From Callorhinchus milii (taxonomy: Eukaryota), in contig NW_024704742.1 in assembly GCF_018977255.1 (NCBI RefSeq), positions 86,058,001 to 86,122,000 on the forward strand: a stretch of DNA of 64,000 bases. The letters run 5' to 3'. Made by a program: the position numbers and the translations under genes. Of this stretch, positions 38,638-51,584 are shown piece by piece. The first letter of the stretch is position 1, and every line of letters starts with the position of its first letter. The notes beneath the pieces are model-generated. The model worked only from the letters and a program-made list of their open reading frames with translations, made no database searches and was not told the DNA's origin.

Positions 38638-39315
38638 AGATTTGCAGGTACAGCAAGCAATTAGAAAGGCTAACGGTATGTTGGCATTTGTTACAAAAGG
38701 GTTAGAATATAAGTAGGGAAGTCTTGCTGCAACTGTATAGGGCCCTGGTGAGACTGCACCTGGAGTATTGTGTGCAGTTTTGGTCTCCTTATTTAAGAAA
38801 GGATGTACTCGCCTTGGAGAGGGTAAAACGTAGATTCACTAGGTTGGTACCTGGGAAGAGGGGAATGAGTTATGAGGATAGATTGAGCAATTTAGGCCTA
38901 TATTCTCTAGAATACAGAGGAATGAGAGTTGATCTTCTAGAAACCTATAAGATTATTAAGGGGTACGATAGAATAGATAGTGGGAGACGTTTTCTCCTGG
39001 TTGGAGAAACTATAACCGGGGTCACAGTCTTGAAATTAGGGGAAAGCCCTTCTGCACTGAGTTGAGGAAAAACTTCTTTTCTCAGAGGGTAATGAATTTA
39101 TGGAATTCTCTACCCCAAAGGGCTGTAGATGCTCAGTCCTTGAACATATTCAAGACTGAGATTGATAGATTTCTTGTGCATAAAGGGATTAAGGGATATG
39201 GGGATAAGGCGGGTAGGTGGAGTTAGAATAGATCAGCCATGATCTTATTGAATGGCAGGGCAGGCTAGAGGGGTCGAATGGCTTACTCTTGCTCCTAATT
39301 CTTATGTTCTTATGT
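38638..39315 (+). mobile_element. CR1 LINE 3' ~680 bp with (TTCTTATG)n tail
   Basis: LQLYRALVRLHLEYCVQFWSPYLRKDVLALERVKRRFTRLVPG; tail cctaattcttatgttcttatg. Confidence 0.95.
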
Positions 39316-39709
39316 TGTGGGTTTAAGCCCCATATCAGGACTTGGAATTACATAGTCTAAACTGACATTGCAGTGCAATACTGGGGGTACTGCATTGTTG
39401 GAGGTGCTGTACTTCAGATGAGACGTTAATCCGATGCCCTGTCTGCCTCTTCATTGAAGATTCCACGGCACTGTTCAAAAAGAGAAGGGAGTTTCTCCCA
39501 ATGTCTGGCCAATAATCCTCCAAATAAAATTAGTCACTTTACAGTATATCCTTTACAGTAGATCCAGTGAGCAGAGCTCAGAATTTCCAGACTAGCTGAG
39601 AGAGAGTAAGGCAAGGGAAAGGGTTGGGCTGAAAACAAACTGGTTAGAACAGCTGAGGCCAGAATGGAAGATGGAGAGAAACATTTGGATAGATTATGAT
39701 TGTGTCAAG

Positions 39710-40065
39710 AACAACAACAACTTGCATTTATATAGCACCCTTCACGTCGGATAACGTCTTGGAGCGCTTAACAGTGGCGGAGTCTGACCCCAAGCCAGGG
39801 GGAGAGGGAAGGGGGAGATAACCATAAGCATGATCAAAAAGGAAGGTCTTGAGGTGGGATTTGAAAGGGGGCAAGGCGGAGTGATTGAGGGAGAGAGTTC
39901 CAGATCTTCGGGGTATAGTGACTGAAAGCACGGCTGCTGATGGTGGAGCGGAGGGGACGAGGAACGAACAGGAGGCCAGAGCCAGCTGAGCGGAGGCTGT
40001 GGGTGATGGAGTGGGGGGTGAGCAAGTTGGAAAGGTAGGGAGGTGCGAGGGCATGAAAGAATTTG
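39710..40065 (-). mobile_element. L2 3' end
   Basis: SLRSAGSGLLFVPR...RAFSHYTPKIWNSLP; tail caacaacaacttgcatttatatagc. Confidence 0.88.
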
Positions 40066-40779
40066 AAAACAAATGATAATGATCCTTACATTTGGTTTTG
40101 TGCCTTTCACTTTGGGAGGACATCCTGAAGCACTGTATCAAATGCAAGGATTATTATCATAAAGAACCTTGAGTGGGAACTCCTTGCCGTAACCATTAGG
40201 ATCATCACTATGACCCGCATTTTACTGAGAGCTCTGATCCACATGTAGAGATATTCAGATTGTGTCAGAGAGGAGTCCCAGCGAGCTGGCATGATGTTCT
40301 TTTGGATTCTCTATTAATAATTTGGTTAGAAGCTGCCATAAATTAGACTTCCTCTGTCTTACTTTCGTCATGGACCAATCTCATTTTCATTTGAATCCCG
40401 ACTCCGTTTCTGTGCTGTCACCCTGGCCCTGCAGCAGACATGTTTAGAATCTTGCTCCCTGAGCATCCATTATGTTGCTATTTGTGGCTTGCCTGTCACG
40501 CCCAACGCCCTCAACTCCCTCACCTCTGCTTCTTTTAAGAGGTTTGCAATACTTTCTGCAGATGTGCTGACTACAGTGCAATCAGAAATTCCTCCCTTGG
40601 AGATCTCGCCTTGGTGCTAAAATTCTCTGCCCTCCCTTTACGTGCAAAATAGACAGTCACTCCACTTTACAGTAATTCCTCAGAAGCACTTTGAGACGTC
40701 CTCCTGACTTGAAAGGAGCTTCATCAAATGTAAGGGTTGTTATCATCAACAGAGCAAATCCAGTAAAGGTCTTGGTTAA

Positions 40780-41403
40780 ACTGCAGTTGGGTTTAAAAGG
40801 GAAATGTTAGAATCTCAGCACTGCCACGTTTCAGCGGGCTGAGCAGGAGATGCAGCAATAAGAAAAGTAAACATAAGATATTTGCAGAGAAATACAACGG
40901 AAAATCCAGCACTCAAACTGTTAAAAGCACTGGATACGGACTGATCACCTGGTCTCTGCATTCTTCCACTTGCTTCTCTCACGGATACAACAGGCAGCAA
41001 ATGAACGTCCAGTCAAAATTCCTGATATGTTGTCACTTTAAAGTGAAGAACATTCTTCTCCACTCAGACTCTTTGGCTGGGGAAAGTGTTGCAGGCTGCC
41101 TTCTATCTCTGTTTTTTTTAAAAAACAGCCTCCCCTGAGAAGATGATTGCTTCCAGCCCGCCTTGTTTTGTATGCATGAGCACTGCTGCACATTGGAGGC
41201 TGCCATCCTGAGAAGGATCAGAGCCAAGACAATCCCAGTTGCCACACTGAAGTGGTGGGAGGATTTTCTTTTACTGTGTTCGCAATTGTCAAAGACCAAT
41301 GCAGCTGTGGATACTGGTGTTGCTGGTGAAGATTCCTTCAATCACAATCTGGATTTTCTATCCACCCTTTCTCCCTTTTGCTTAATATTGGGACTTGGGT
41401 GTC
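40780..41403 (+). promoter_or_regulatory. Putative promoter and 5'UTR of the TRPM3 exon-2 transcript
   Basis: Repeat-free stretch directly upstream of the start codon, within a ~2-kb TE-depleted island (~40750-42850). The TSS cannot be placed from sequence alone. Confidence 0.45.
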
Positions 41404-41493
41404 ATGAGTCACGCAGAAGCTCCCCGGCCTCTGAACTGGACCATCCGTAAACTGTGTCACGCTGCCTTCCTCCCATCAGTTAGACTTCTGAAG
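41404..41493 (+). CDS. TRPM3: TRPM3 (transient receptor potential melastatin 3) alternative first coding exon (exon 2 / beta-type N-terminus), 30 codons, phase-0 donor
   Basis: Translates to [30 protein letters not shown], versus human TRPM3 ...[35 protein letters not shown]... (recalled from memory). ATG context gtcATGa has G at -3, and the exon ends at the canonical donor AAG|GTATGG (41493/41494). The next exon (AQKSWIERAF) was not found in the window. Confidence 0.95.
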
Positions 41494-42859
41494 GTATGGG
41501 AAAGTGGTACTCCTGTGGAAATGGGATGTGTGTATCGTGATGCTGTTGTACTGTATGATTATTCTTGAGCATGGAGCAAAATATGCTGCAGTCTATTTTC
41601 CTATAAAGAGCGCTTTGTCAAAACCTGAATATATATAATCTTGCAAGGATACTAAAAGCTGTGTTGTTTTCTGAACGGCTTTATATCTTGTAAGGTTTTG
41701 ATTTTGTAGTTTTTGTATTGCCTTAATCCTTCGCCTGCTGATTTGCTGGCTACAAGGGAATACTTAATCGAAGTGCAATGCTGGGCTTAGTTATGTGATT
41801 TCCCACTACCTCACTATATGAATAACCCTTTTATAACAGCCCTCTGGAAATTGAAGAAAAATAATATTACTACACAGTGAGTTTACTGTTGTAGAAAAAT
41901 ATCTTGTCAGGTTATGAAACCATAAAGAGTGTCGATTAGACTAGAAGTTTTAGTGCACTGCAGAATATTGTCGTGAAAGGGCTTGGTACTATTGATTCGA
42001 GATTAGTAGCTGTGGTTGATAATGTGGGAAAACTCACTAACAACGTACCAAGCGCCAGCCTTTGAATCAGTGCTTCTACTAAAGCAAAAATGTTAGCACA
42101 ACTCCTTTCCACGTCAGCCCTTATTCACCTTTTCTGAAAGGTGGCTGCTATTAAGAATTTGTTCTTTAAAATAAACCATCTTCATTCCTCGAATTTCCCA
42201 CCATATGTAAGGAAATTTACAGAAGAACTATAATGGCTTATGTTCCATGTATGGCAATCAGGCTGAGGAGTAATAATTTTTCATTCATTCTGCTGCAGTG
42301 ACACTTACTCTCAAGTACGGAATAACAAATGTAATTGGCTTTCTCCTACCCTTCAGAAATCGGATCATATATACAACAGAAAGACAATGGCACTGAGTGA
42401 ACTCATTATCATTAGGATACAAATCTATATTTAGATGAGGAGATTGGTACATTCTTGATGCTGTTGTACAAACGGATAATCCAGCTCCTGTCTGCATCTA
42501 GTTAAATTGTGCTAATGACATGAAGTGCTCGGCACATGTAATCCAATTATTGGCTAATTCAAATACCACTACTGAAGTGCAGTGAAAGTATAAAATGCTG
42601 CTTGATTGCTCTGTTCAAAGCAGAAGCGGGAATATACTGGGTTAAATGCTGTCAGCATTTCACACTCACAGTGAAGCAAATATGCACAGATTGTGAGTAA
42701 TATAGGATTTATTACCAGTGCGGTATCAGCAATGTGCCTCATACCACTATTCACAATGGTTTTCAGTTTTGAAATAGGATGGCTGAAGAGTCAAAGCAGA
42801 ATTTGCAGGGAATTGCAAGCCTCTATTAATCAACATGAAATTAGTCAACATAAAAAATA

Positions 42860-43035
42860 ATAATAATTTGGTCAGTTAATCCACGACTGTTTGTGAGACA
42901 CTCCTGTGCTCAATTGGCTGCCATGTTTCGCCCACACAATATACAGTCAATTTACTTTATAATATATTCTGTGAAGCACTTTGAGACGTCTCGAAGATGT
43001 GATAAGATGCTATATCAAATGCAAAGATTATTATT
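42860..43035 (+). mobile_element. SINE 3' half
   Basis: cgactgtttgtgagacac...gtgaagcactttgagacgtctcgaagatgtgataagatgctatatcaaatgc. Confidence 0.8.
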
Positions 43036-44589
43036 AATATTTGCTTATTTGCAATCGTCTATCAATCAACATGAAATACTTGCTGTATCTACTGTACAGT
43101 CTCAAAAAAACACCCAATCCACTGACGAATTTGTTCCTGTAAGTAATATAATAAATGGTTAAAATCTCGAACGATGCATGATCTGATTGGGTTTGGCTTG
43201 TTCAAAGATCATGCTCTGTTGGGTTTATTGACACGAGATGGACAACTAACCTTTGGATTGATTACATGTGAGCAAAGAATCAGTCACAGCTGCTGATAAT
43301 GTGGAGCTCAGTCAGCTCTGTTTCTTGTGGCTTACTTTCAGTGAATTCATTTTGTATGCCGTTCTGTAAAAGCTTACAGTGCAGAAAGAAAATTCACTCT
43401 GTGTGGCAGGGTGACCAGTGCCCCACATTTAAAGCCACGTTATTGAGGTTTCAGGCAGGCTGAGCTCCAACAAACTGCTCCCAAAAGCTTACCCTGCTAT
43501 TATGTCAGATAGCAGTGAGTGTGCGCTGCAAGACATTTAAGCGAGGAATTTATAAATCTACATGCTCTTCCCATACATATTGTCATTCAGTGATGCTTGA
43601 TACCATTATTTGTCCAGTCTGTAGTGGCTCCAAACTGAAACTTCACCGCTAATTTGTTTTCAAAAAGTGACTATTTTATTGGGTCATTTTCTCTCCTCAT
43701 CTCTGATAGCAGTGCACCATATAGACCGGTCCCTGTTCTGCACTGTGTTAATGATAACTCATAGGATAGTGGTGAGGTTGCATTGACATGAGCACAGATG
43801 GGCTTGAGGGTGGGAAAATTGTTTCTTGCTTCTAATCAAGTGATGTGTTCATGGATTAACATTAATAATGATAATAATAAATCTTACATCTGGTATACTG
43901 CCTTTTACATTGGGAGTACATCCCAAAGTGCTTCACAGCATATCCTGGAAAGTGCAGTAACTTGAGTTTTGTGGGTGAGTACCACAGCCAACTTGCACAC
44001 AGTAATGTCCCACAAACAGCCCAGCCACGAAGTGAATGACCAATTTTTGGAGGGATTTGTTTTATTTTATTGACATTGGGTGTGTACAGGATTGGGCTTG
44101 GTATCATGTATCATGTGTAAAGAACACAATTTAGATCAGGAGAGAGTAACTGGCACTATAGGAACTGAACCCTTGAGTCGTCACTTTCACAAGACGATGA
44201 GAGAGAAAAAAAATTCTGTATTGGTGCAGAGCCGAATTTGTCATCACTCAGTAGAGTAAAGCCTATGTGACAGTGATTTTTGTTGTAGACACTGCCTATC
44301 TTTGGAGTCGGTCTTTATAATAAATTCATGATTCACAATTGAAAATCCATTAGCAATCTAGCTGCCTGTGAAGAATATCTCTAAGTCAGTCTGCAAAGTG
44401 GTCATTAGAGATGGTTTTCTTTGCTGTGTAAGAAAATGAAAATGAGGAACTCAAGTTAAAATCCATCTGATATAATGTTTAACTCTGGACGAACTATAAT
44501 GTATTTTGTTTGGATTTGTATTTTTATTCTGATTTTATTCATTTAAAAACTGCCAACAATTGGCTTGAGATGTTATATGTATATTGTTT

Positions 44590-44965
44590 CGGTCAGCCTG
44601 ACACATGCAGAAACCCATCACCATGCTTAAGAGTATCCAAACCAAGCTGAGATTTCCATGCGTCCCATCTACACATGGAGATTCCAGAGATAGATTGTTG
44701 GAATGGAATATGCACTCTCTCCCTGGATGGTCGCAACCCGCTTACCTAATTCCAGAAAATATTAGGTGCAGGTTAGCAAGAACCAAGGCTTGGGGACCCC
44801 AGGGTGTGTGTTGGATACTGCTGGAGTTTAAACAGCTAAGGCTGCTGCATATCTTGCCATTGATATCGCTGTCAGGCAAGCTTTCTTGTCCAGCTAGGAC
44901 CACACTACCCATTAGGGCTTTGGCTTGCAGGGTTGAGCGGAATGAGTCTCTGCCCCCAGTGACTT
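44590..44965 (-). repeat. Unclassified dispersed repeat (other copies ~25895-26180, 45170-45330, 45740-45900, 56890-57075, 61588-61915)
   Basis: Shared blocks ggtttggatactcttaagcatg.tgatgggttt, ccctgcaagccaaagccctaatggg and ccccaagccttg. Confidence 0.7.
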
Positions 44966-45399
44966 AGTCTGGCTGTCCAGGCATGATGTTATATAATTAT
45001 TACAATTACAGCATGGAGGAGGTCACTTCGCCCATCAAGCCTAAATTGGTTTTAGTTCCTTCACTGAAGCTATTTACTTCAATCTAAATTCCCTGCTATT
45101 TTGCCGTACCCTTTTGTATTCTTCCTCTTCAAATGTTTATTCACAAGGTGGAAAATGGAGCAGGAATTTCCTGAGGTTGGTACTTCCTGTTAACAGAAGG
45201 GATTCTAATGCATTCTCCAGAGATTTGTTTATCCAAACTAGAAAACCAATTAAGCCTGCAAGCCAAAGCCCTAACAATAGATATGGTCGTGGTTGGATAA
45301 GGTTTGGAAAGATTGGCAGTGCTCAATACCAGGCTACATGGCTTTAGCTGGTTACTCCATCGCACATGCTGGGGTCCACAAGCATTGACCTTAATCAAT

Positions 45400-45740
45400 C
45401 TAACATAGAAACAGAAATCTACAGTGAAGAAGGAGGTCATTCAGCTCATCAAGTCCACACTGGCTCACAGAGCACGGAGATCAATTTATTCCCACCATCC
45501 TGCCTTATGCCTATACCCCTTCAAATCCCTTTCTTTCATTTGCCTGTCAACTTCCCTCTTGAAAGCTAATATGGACTCTGCCTTCATCATCCTACTTGGC
45601 AGGGCATCTCACATCCCAAAAACTCTCTGTATGAAAATAATCTGCTAAATTCTCCTTTCATGGTTTCTTGGCTATTTTATAACTATATCCCCTGTCGGAA
45701 ATAACGTCTTCCTAATTACCAGGTCAAAACCCCTCATAAC
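45400..45740 (-). mobile_element. CR1 3' tail fragment
   Basis: acatagaaacagaaatctacagtgaagaaggaggtcattcagc... Confidence 0.65.
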
Positions 45741-47099
45741 TTGAGCACAAAACTCTGGAATTAGAAAAACAGGTTGTGCTCCTCTGGGGAGAGAGTACAC
45801 TTTATCCCAGACATAGGGAAATCTCCATATGTAGCTGGCATGCACATATTTCAGTATGGGTTTGATACTCTTAAGCAATGTGATGGGTTTGTGTTCTGGA
45901 ACTGGAAAATTGGTCAATTATTCATTTGTTTAATTGCTATTTGTGGGACTTTGCTGTGTGTAATTGGGCTGCTGCTTTCGCAACAAATGCACAGTCACTC
46001 CACCTCATAGTAAATCCTCTGAAGCTCTTTGGGATGTGAAAGGCGCTTATACCAAATGTAAGTTTTTTTTACTATCTCTTATTGAAGGCAGGAGCAGCTA
46101 TTGCAACCCAAATTTATTTTCATTTGTATCCATTAGCTGTCGTACAGGATTCCCAACCTCTTGAATAGCCTCAAAAAACCTTAAGCAGGAGAGAGGAGCC
46201 CCAGAGAAGTAGAGATAGACTGTTTCTATTGGCTATAATGACAGAATGCTAATCTAGGTTAACCTCTGCTGCTGTTTGTTAACCACATCCCATCCTTCAG
46301 ATGAGACGTTAAACCAAAGTCCTGTCGCCTTCTCAGGTAGACGTTAAAGATTCCATGACATTTCTTGAAAGGAGAAGGGAGTATCTCCTGGTGTCCTGAC
46401 CAACAACCCCTCAAATAAAACTGGTCACTTGTTCATTCATTTCATTGCTATATTTGGGAGTTTGCTATGCGGAATTAGGCTGTTGCTTTTGCTACAAATG
46501 CACAGTCACGCCACCTCACAGTAAATCTTGTGAAGCTCTTTGGGACGTGAAAAGCACTTACACCAAATGTAAGGTTTTTTTTATATTACTAATTCTTATT
46601 GAAGGCAGGAGCAGCTATTGCAATTATACCAGACTTGCTGACATCCAGATGAGATGGCGAACTCAGAAGAAACAGATATTCGAACATGCATCCTTCTGGT
46701 CTACATACATTGCTGTACAGAGCCAGTTGGAGATTTACCCACTAATTCATCTGTAAATGCCTTAACTTTAAATCGGGCACCCATTGGATTTATATTTTGT
46801 ATGAAATGTAATAAATCTGAATAAAGAATAACTAAATTATTAAAATTCAGAATGTGATAAATCTCATAAGAAGCTAGTAAAGTGATAATTTATCAATACA
46901 TAATAATTGGAGACTTCAATAGTACAATCTTTAATACAGCTAAAATCTAAATTAAAAGGGAGAAATCTCAGAGATGAAGATATTTAATTTAATAAATTCA
47001 GTCTTTGCTATTAATAATTCTATGCATTGAAAATGTAAATTCTTAATATTTTCATTTAAATTTACAAGTAGATTTATTTTAGCAAATGTTTTCAAACCT

Positions 47100-47930
47100 G
47101 CTTGCATAACAAAATCTGAAGGTACGCATCCTTCTTTTACAGGGATTTTTAAATCTATTTGTTCAAATGTGAAGGCTATTTCTGCGTTTGCAGTAAAAAA
47201 AATTGTGTTGGTACCCGATTGTTCTCCTTAATTTAAACCTGGATTGAGTTCCCTTTCATCTCTTACCACATTGCAATGTCAGAATAATGTCTAGATTGGT
47301 CTTGATCAGGGCAAGAAAAAAATTTCGAAGATGTGACTGCAGTGCCAAATTCCAATAAAATCTAACTGAGGTAACACAGTACGGGGGAAGATATGCAGTA
47401 TAAGATATAATCAAGGAATGATTATTTCTGATATACAAAGTATATTTGTTTCGTTGGGGGTGGAAAAAGGATAGAATTATTCCATCAAATATTTATTATA
47501 ATGTCAAATGCTTATATTCCCCTCAATATACACATTGTATGAGAGCATATGCATGTGAAGCCGCATTATGCCAACCATATATATCTGTCACACATAACTA
47601 TGTTTGATAGATAGGATCTTACACTTTCAAAATATATTGTTGGGGTATTGTGTAAGTGTTTCTTTTTCTCTGAAATTTTTCTTTATAATCAGCTGTCTAC
47701 TTTAAAATTGGGATTATTGAAGTCTCCATTTACAACTCACTGCTAAACTCTTCATTTATTAACAACTCATGAGATTTACTGAATTGTTACTTTCAACAAA
47801 GTGATATACTACTTAATAATCCGTTGTAATAATTCTTACCTACTGGTGTTCAGATCTACTGCTTTTCACTTAGTATATATGAATCTAGTACAATAGTTCC
47901 TGATTTAGGTGCTGGGTTAGCAGGATAACT
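47100..47930 (-). mobile_element. Very old L1/Tx1-clade ORF2 endonuclease-region fossil (with an inverted partial copy at ~46845-46990)
   Basis: Minus strand shows NGDFNNP, then ..NHSLI.....FYWNLAL...FFLALIKTNL (resembles SDH...W.LN..LL...F...IK); the plus-strand copy reads IIIGDFN. Confidence 0.45.
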
Positions 47931-48093
47931 TTGTGAGTTGCTGCCAATATTATAATCCTCGCATTTGATATAGTGCTTTTCACGTCTTCTAGAATATACT
48001 GCAAAATAGAATATACTGTAAAATCAATTGACTATATATTTGTACCTGAAACACGGCAGCCAATTGCGCACAGCAGTGTCCCACAAACAGTAG

Positions 48094-49047
48094 TGGCCAA
48101 AATTTGCAGACAACACCAAATTGGGGGGAGTAAGTTAATACAGAGGAGGACTGCAACAACTTATAGCAAGACATTAATAAACTTGCTGAATGGGCATTTA
48201 AATGGCAAATGCATTTCACTGTAGAAAGTGTGAGGTGGTACATTTTGGTAGAAAGAATAAGGAAGTCACATTCATCCTGGAAAATAAAAACCTAAATGGG
48301 GTAGAGGAGCAAAGGGACCTAGGGGTGCACATACACAATTCACTAAAAGTAGCAATGCAGGTTAATAAGGCCATAAAAAAAGCAAACCAGGAATTGGGTT
48401 TCATTTCTAGAGGGATAGAAATGAAAAACAGGGAAGTTATGGTAAACTTCTATGGAACCTCGGTTAGACCCCACTTAGAATACTGTGTGCAGTTATGGTC
48501 CCAACATTATAGAAGGGATGTAGAGCCACTGGAGAGGGTGCAAAAGAGATTCACAGAGATGATCCCAGAACTGAGAGGTTATATCCATCAGGAAAGGCTG
48601 AACATGCTTGGACTCTTTTCTCTTGAAAACAGGAGGGCAAGGGGTGACCTGATAGAGGTCTTTAAAATGATGAAAGGTTTTGATAGGGTAGACATAGGGA
48701 AGATGTTTCCACTTGTGGGGGAGTCCAAAACCAGGGCCATCAATATAAAATAGTCACAAATAGATCAAATAGGGAAGTTAGAAGAAATTTCTTCACACAG
48801 AGAGTAGTGGGAATGTGGAACATGCTATCACAAGGAGTTGTTGAGGCAAATAGCATAGATGTATTTAAGGGGAAGCTAGATAGGTACATAAGGGATAAAG
48901 GAATAGAAGGTTATGCTTGAAGGTTTAGTTGAGGGAGAGCAGGAGGAGGCTCATGTGGAGTATAAACACCAGCATAGACCAGTTGGGCCGAATGGCCTGT
49001 TTCTGTGCTGTATATTCTAATGTATTCTAATGTATTCTAGATTCTAG
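48094..49047 (+). mobile_element. CR1 LINE 3' ~950 bp with (TATTCTAATG)n tail
   Basis: KFADNTKLGG; KCEVVHFGRKN; RPHLEYCVQLWS; RGDLIEVFKMMKG. Confidence 0.95.
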
Positions 49048-49319
49048 CATAGGTATTGGCTTGATGAATCCAATAGCCTAGTTCTTTGGAAGAAACTTTG
49101 GAACTCCCTCGCTTAACCCCTTCGCCTCGCTCCCTCATTCCCCATCTTCAGATCGTGCCTGAAGGCCTTTCTTTTTGTCTGCACGTACAGTCACCTTGCC
49201 CTTCCCCGGGCTCGGCCTTGGGCTCCACCATCGTTAAGCGCTCTGATATGCCGTCCGGCACTGTTCCCAATTAATATAGAGGGCACTATATTAGTCAAGT
49301 TGTTGTTGTCGTAGTTCTG

Positions 49320-50950
49320 CATGGTAATTTTTACAAATCTGTCTTTTTTCCACCCCAAACAAACATACGTTTCCATGTAGAAATATCCAGAAATAATCAT
49401 TCCTAAAAGTTCGGAGTCAAATTCCTTGAACCTCCGAAACAGGAGCTCCAGAACTGATGCAATGCAAAGATTTGTGTTTACACTTTGCTTACAGGGAAAC
49501 CTATATCTTTCCCCACTCTGCTGACTGGTATTATTATCTATACAACTTAGTTGTTTGACAGAAACAAAGCCCTTTGCTGTGGTCTGGGTTATGTACAAAT
49601 CCATACTTGTGGAAAACTAGCTGTCAATCACATAAATAACTGACTGTCAATCATACTCACATTTTGATGACAGCCTGCAACCTTACTAAATTCCATTATC
49701 CATTTTAAATATGTTTTTGTCAGCACTTCATGTTATCGCCACTTCTCAGCTGTTAACAACAGCTATTAATAACAATTTGTTTGCTTTCTTTCTATTGGGG
49801 GAAATGGGGAACCCAGCATTACATGGGCTGACCTAATCCACCCCTCGCCGGATTATATATTTTCTTATCATAGTAAGTTGCACCTTCCCAATTTAAATGT
49901 TATCTTACATCCTCATATAATATAAAAGCTATCTTACATCCTTGTATAAATGATAATTATCATTGCATTTAATATAGCACCCTATCATGTCGTTGAGATG
50001 TTTCAAAGTTCTTCACAGAATAAACTGTAAAGTGAATTCACTGTATATTTGTGGGCGAAACGTGACTGCCACTGTTGTGGGCAAATATAAATGTTAGCTT
50101 ACATCCTCATATAATATAAATGATATCTTATACCCTCATATAATACAAATGTTACTTCTCTTGGGAAACGATCATTGCAACAGACTCAGGCCTGGAGTCA
50201 TCTATACTGGTGCGAACAGTAAATATTCAAGCCCTTATGTTGTATGGGGATAGAATTGTTAGACTCTCCAAGACATCTGTTCCCCAGTTTCAATGCTTGA
50301 TCCACATTTAAGTCGTATCTCATTACTTGCTGAGAGATTTCATTTTTTTTATTGATGCAAATGGTACCACCATTCTCTGTTATGAATAAATTCATGATGG
50401 TATTTACTTGAAACTGTTCCCAATTACCAGAATATTGGGGAATGACTGAATCCAATCTAAAAAAGTGCATTTAATAATTATAATAATAATTCTTGCGTTT
50501 GATTTAGCACCTTATCACGTCTTCGAGATGTCTCAAAGCACTTCACAGAATATACTAAAGTGAATTGACTGTATACCATTGTTCTGTTGTGAAAGAAAAT
50601 GGAGAGTGCGTGGTTCAAAATAATGGTCTTTAAGGAAGTATTAAAATGAATAAATATTAAATGTATGTTAACTGCTGAATAATATAGATCATTTGTCGTC
50701 AGTTCTAGATTTCTTCTGAAATATGTTTGCTTGTTCCACTGACATGACAGTTCTGGTGATGTACAGTGCAGATGTCTGTAAGAAAATGCGGTATGAAATG
50801 AACATAGGTGCAGCAATCAAACATGAGACCTGCTCTTCAAGATATCAAGCCTCACAGTTTTCTTTTCAATGGATTTTTCTTTGTTGAAGTCCATTTATCA
50901 AAACCAATTATTTCAGTATCTTGGCTAAATGAATGAGAAATCGAATCTAA
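49320..50950 (-). mobile_element. Very old L1-clade ORF2 RT fossil interrupted by SINEs and a minisatellite
   Basis: In order on the minus strand: ..ICIN..EISQ.., HKGLNIYCSHQY-DDS (YADD-like, ~50200) and IMEFSKVAGCHQNV (~49660-49700; compare L1 FSKVSGYKINV). Confidence 0.5.
49893..50155 (+). repeat. 29-bp minisatellite (tataaatgttatcttacatcctcatataa), about 4 copies, split by a SINE 3' fragment
   Basis: Units visible at 49893-49953 and 50087-50155. Confidence 0.75.
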
Positions 50951-51584
50951 TCCTGTACATTAAAGGGTGGTTACAAATTTGACTTGGATTTTACAAGTTG
51001 TAGCTTGTGCAATACAATTGATGGCATCATGCTGTACAATGGCGTTCAGTTAATCTGCACACAGGTTAAGTAGAGGATTAACCTCCCTTTCCACCTCTAA
51101 AAGTATGGCTAAAGACCTAATTTTTGACCATGTTTTGGTTCGTCTTTCCTCACTCCAAACACCCTCCACCCCACCCCCACCCCCATCCCTCCACCCTTCT
51201 CATTTCTGCTCTTGCAGGAGTTTCTCCTACTGTTCTGGCCAACACACCCCATGGCTGTTTGTAGGACATTGCTATGTGCAAATTGGCTACCATGTTCGCC
51301 TACAAAATACACAGTCACAACAATTTACAGTAATTAATGTAAAGCACTTGAGATGCCCTCCTGATGGGATAAGGCACCATATCTGAAAGGATTATTATTT
51401 ATTATGTAACCTAGCAAAAAGAAAATGATGTCAACACACTTACTTTATTTTATTCTGAGTAATTCCTCCATCATTTGTTTTGCAACCGTTACAACTTGGA
51501 AGGATAAGGATTATTTGTAGCGAACATTGCATGGTGAATTGATCAGATTGCCTTGTGATTGATCATAGGAGATGAACAAGACAT

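Noticed and set aside
40075..40160. Short inverted arrangement of two SINE tails
   Set aside because: The arms are short pieces of the most abundant repeat; no evidence of function.
41033..41341. 102-aa minus-strand ORF antisense to the TRPM3 5' region
   Set aside because: No recognisable domain or splice support; probably a chance ORF.
48202..48753. 183-aa ORF and other RT-like ORFs (9721, 22927, 27162, 34938, 38724)
   Set aside because: Truncated, frameshifted CR1/L2 ORF2 fragments, not host genes or intact elements.
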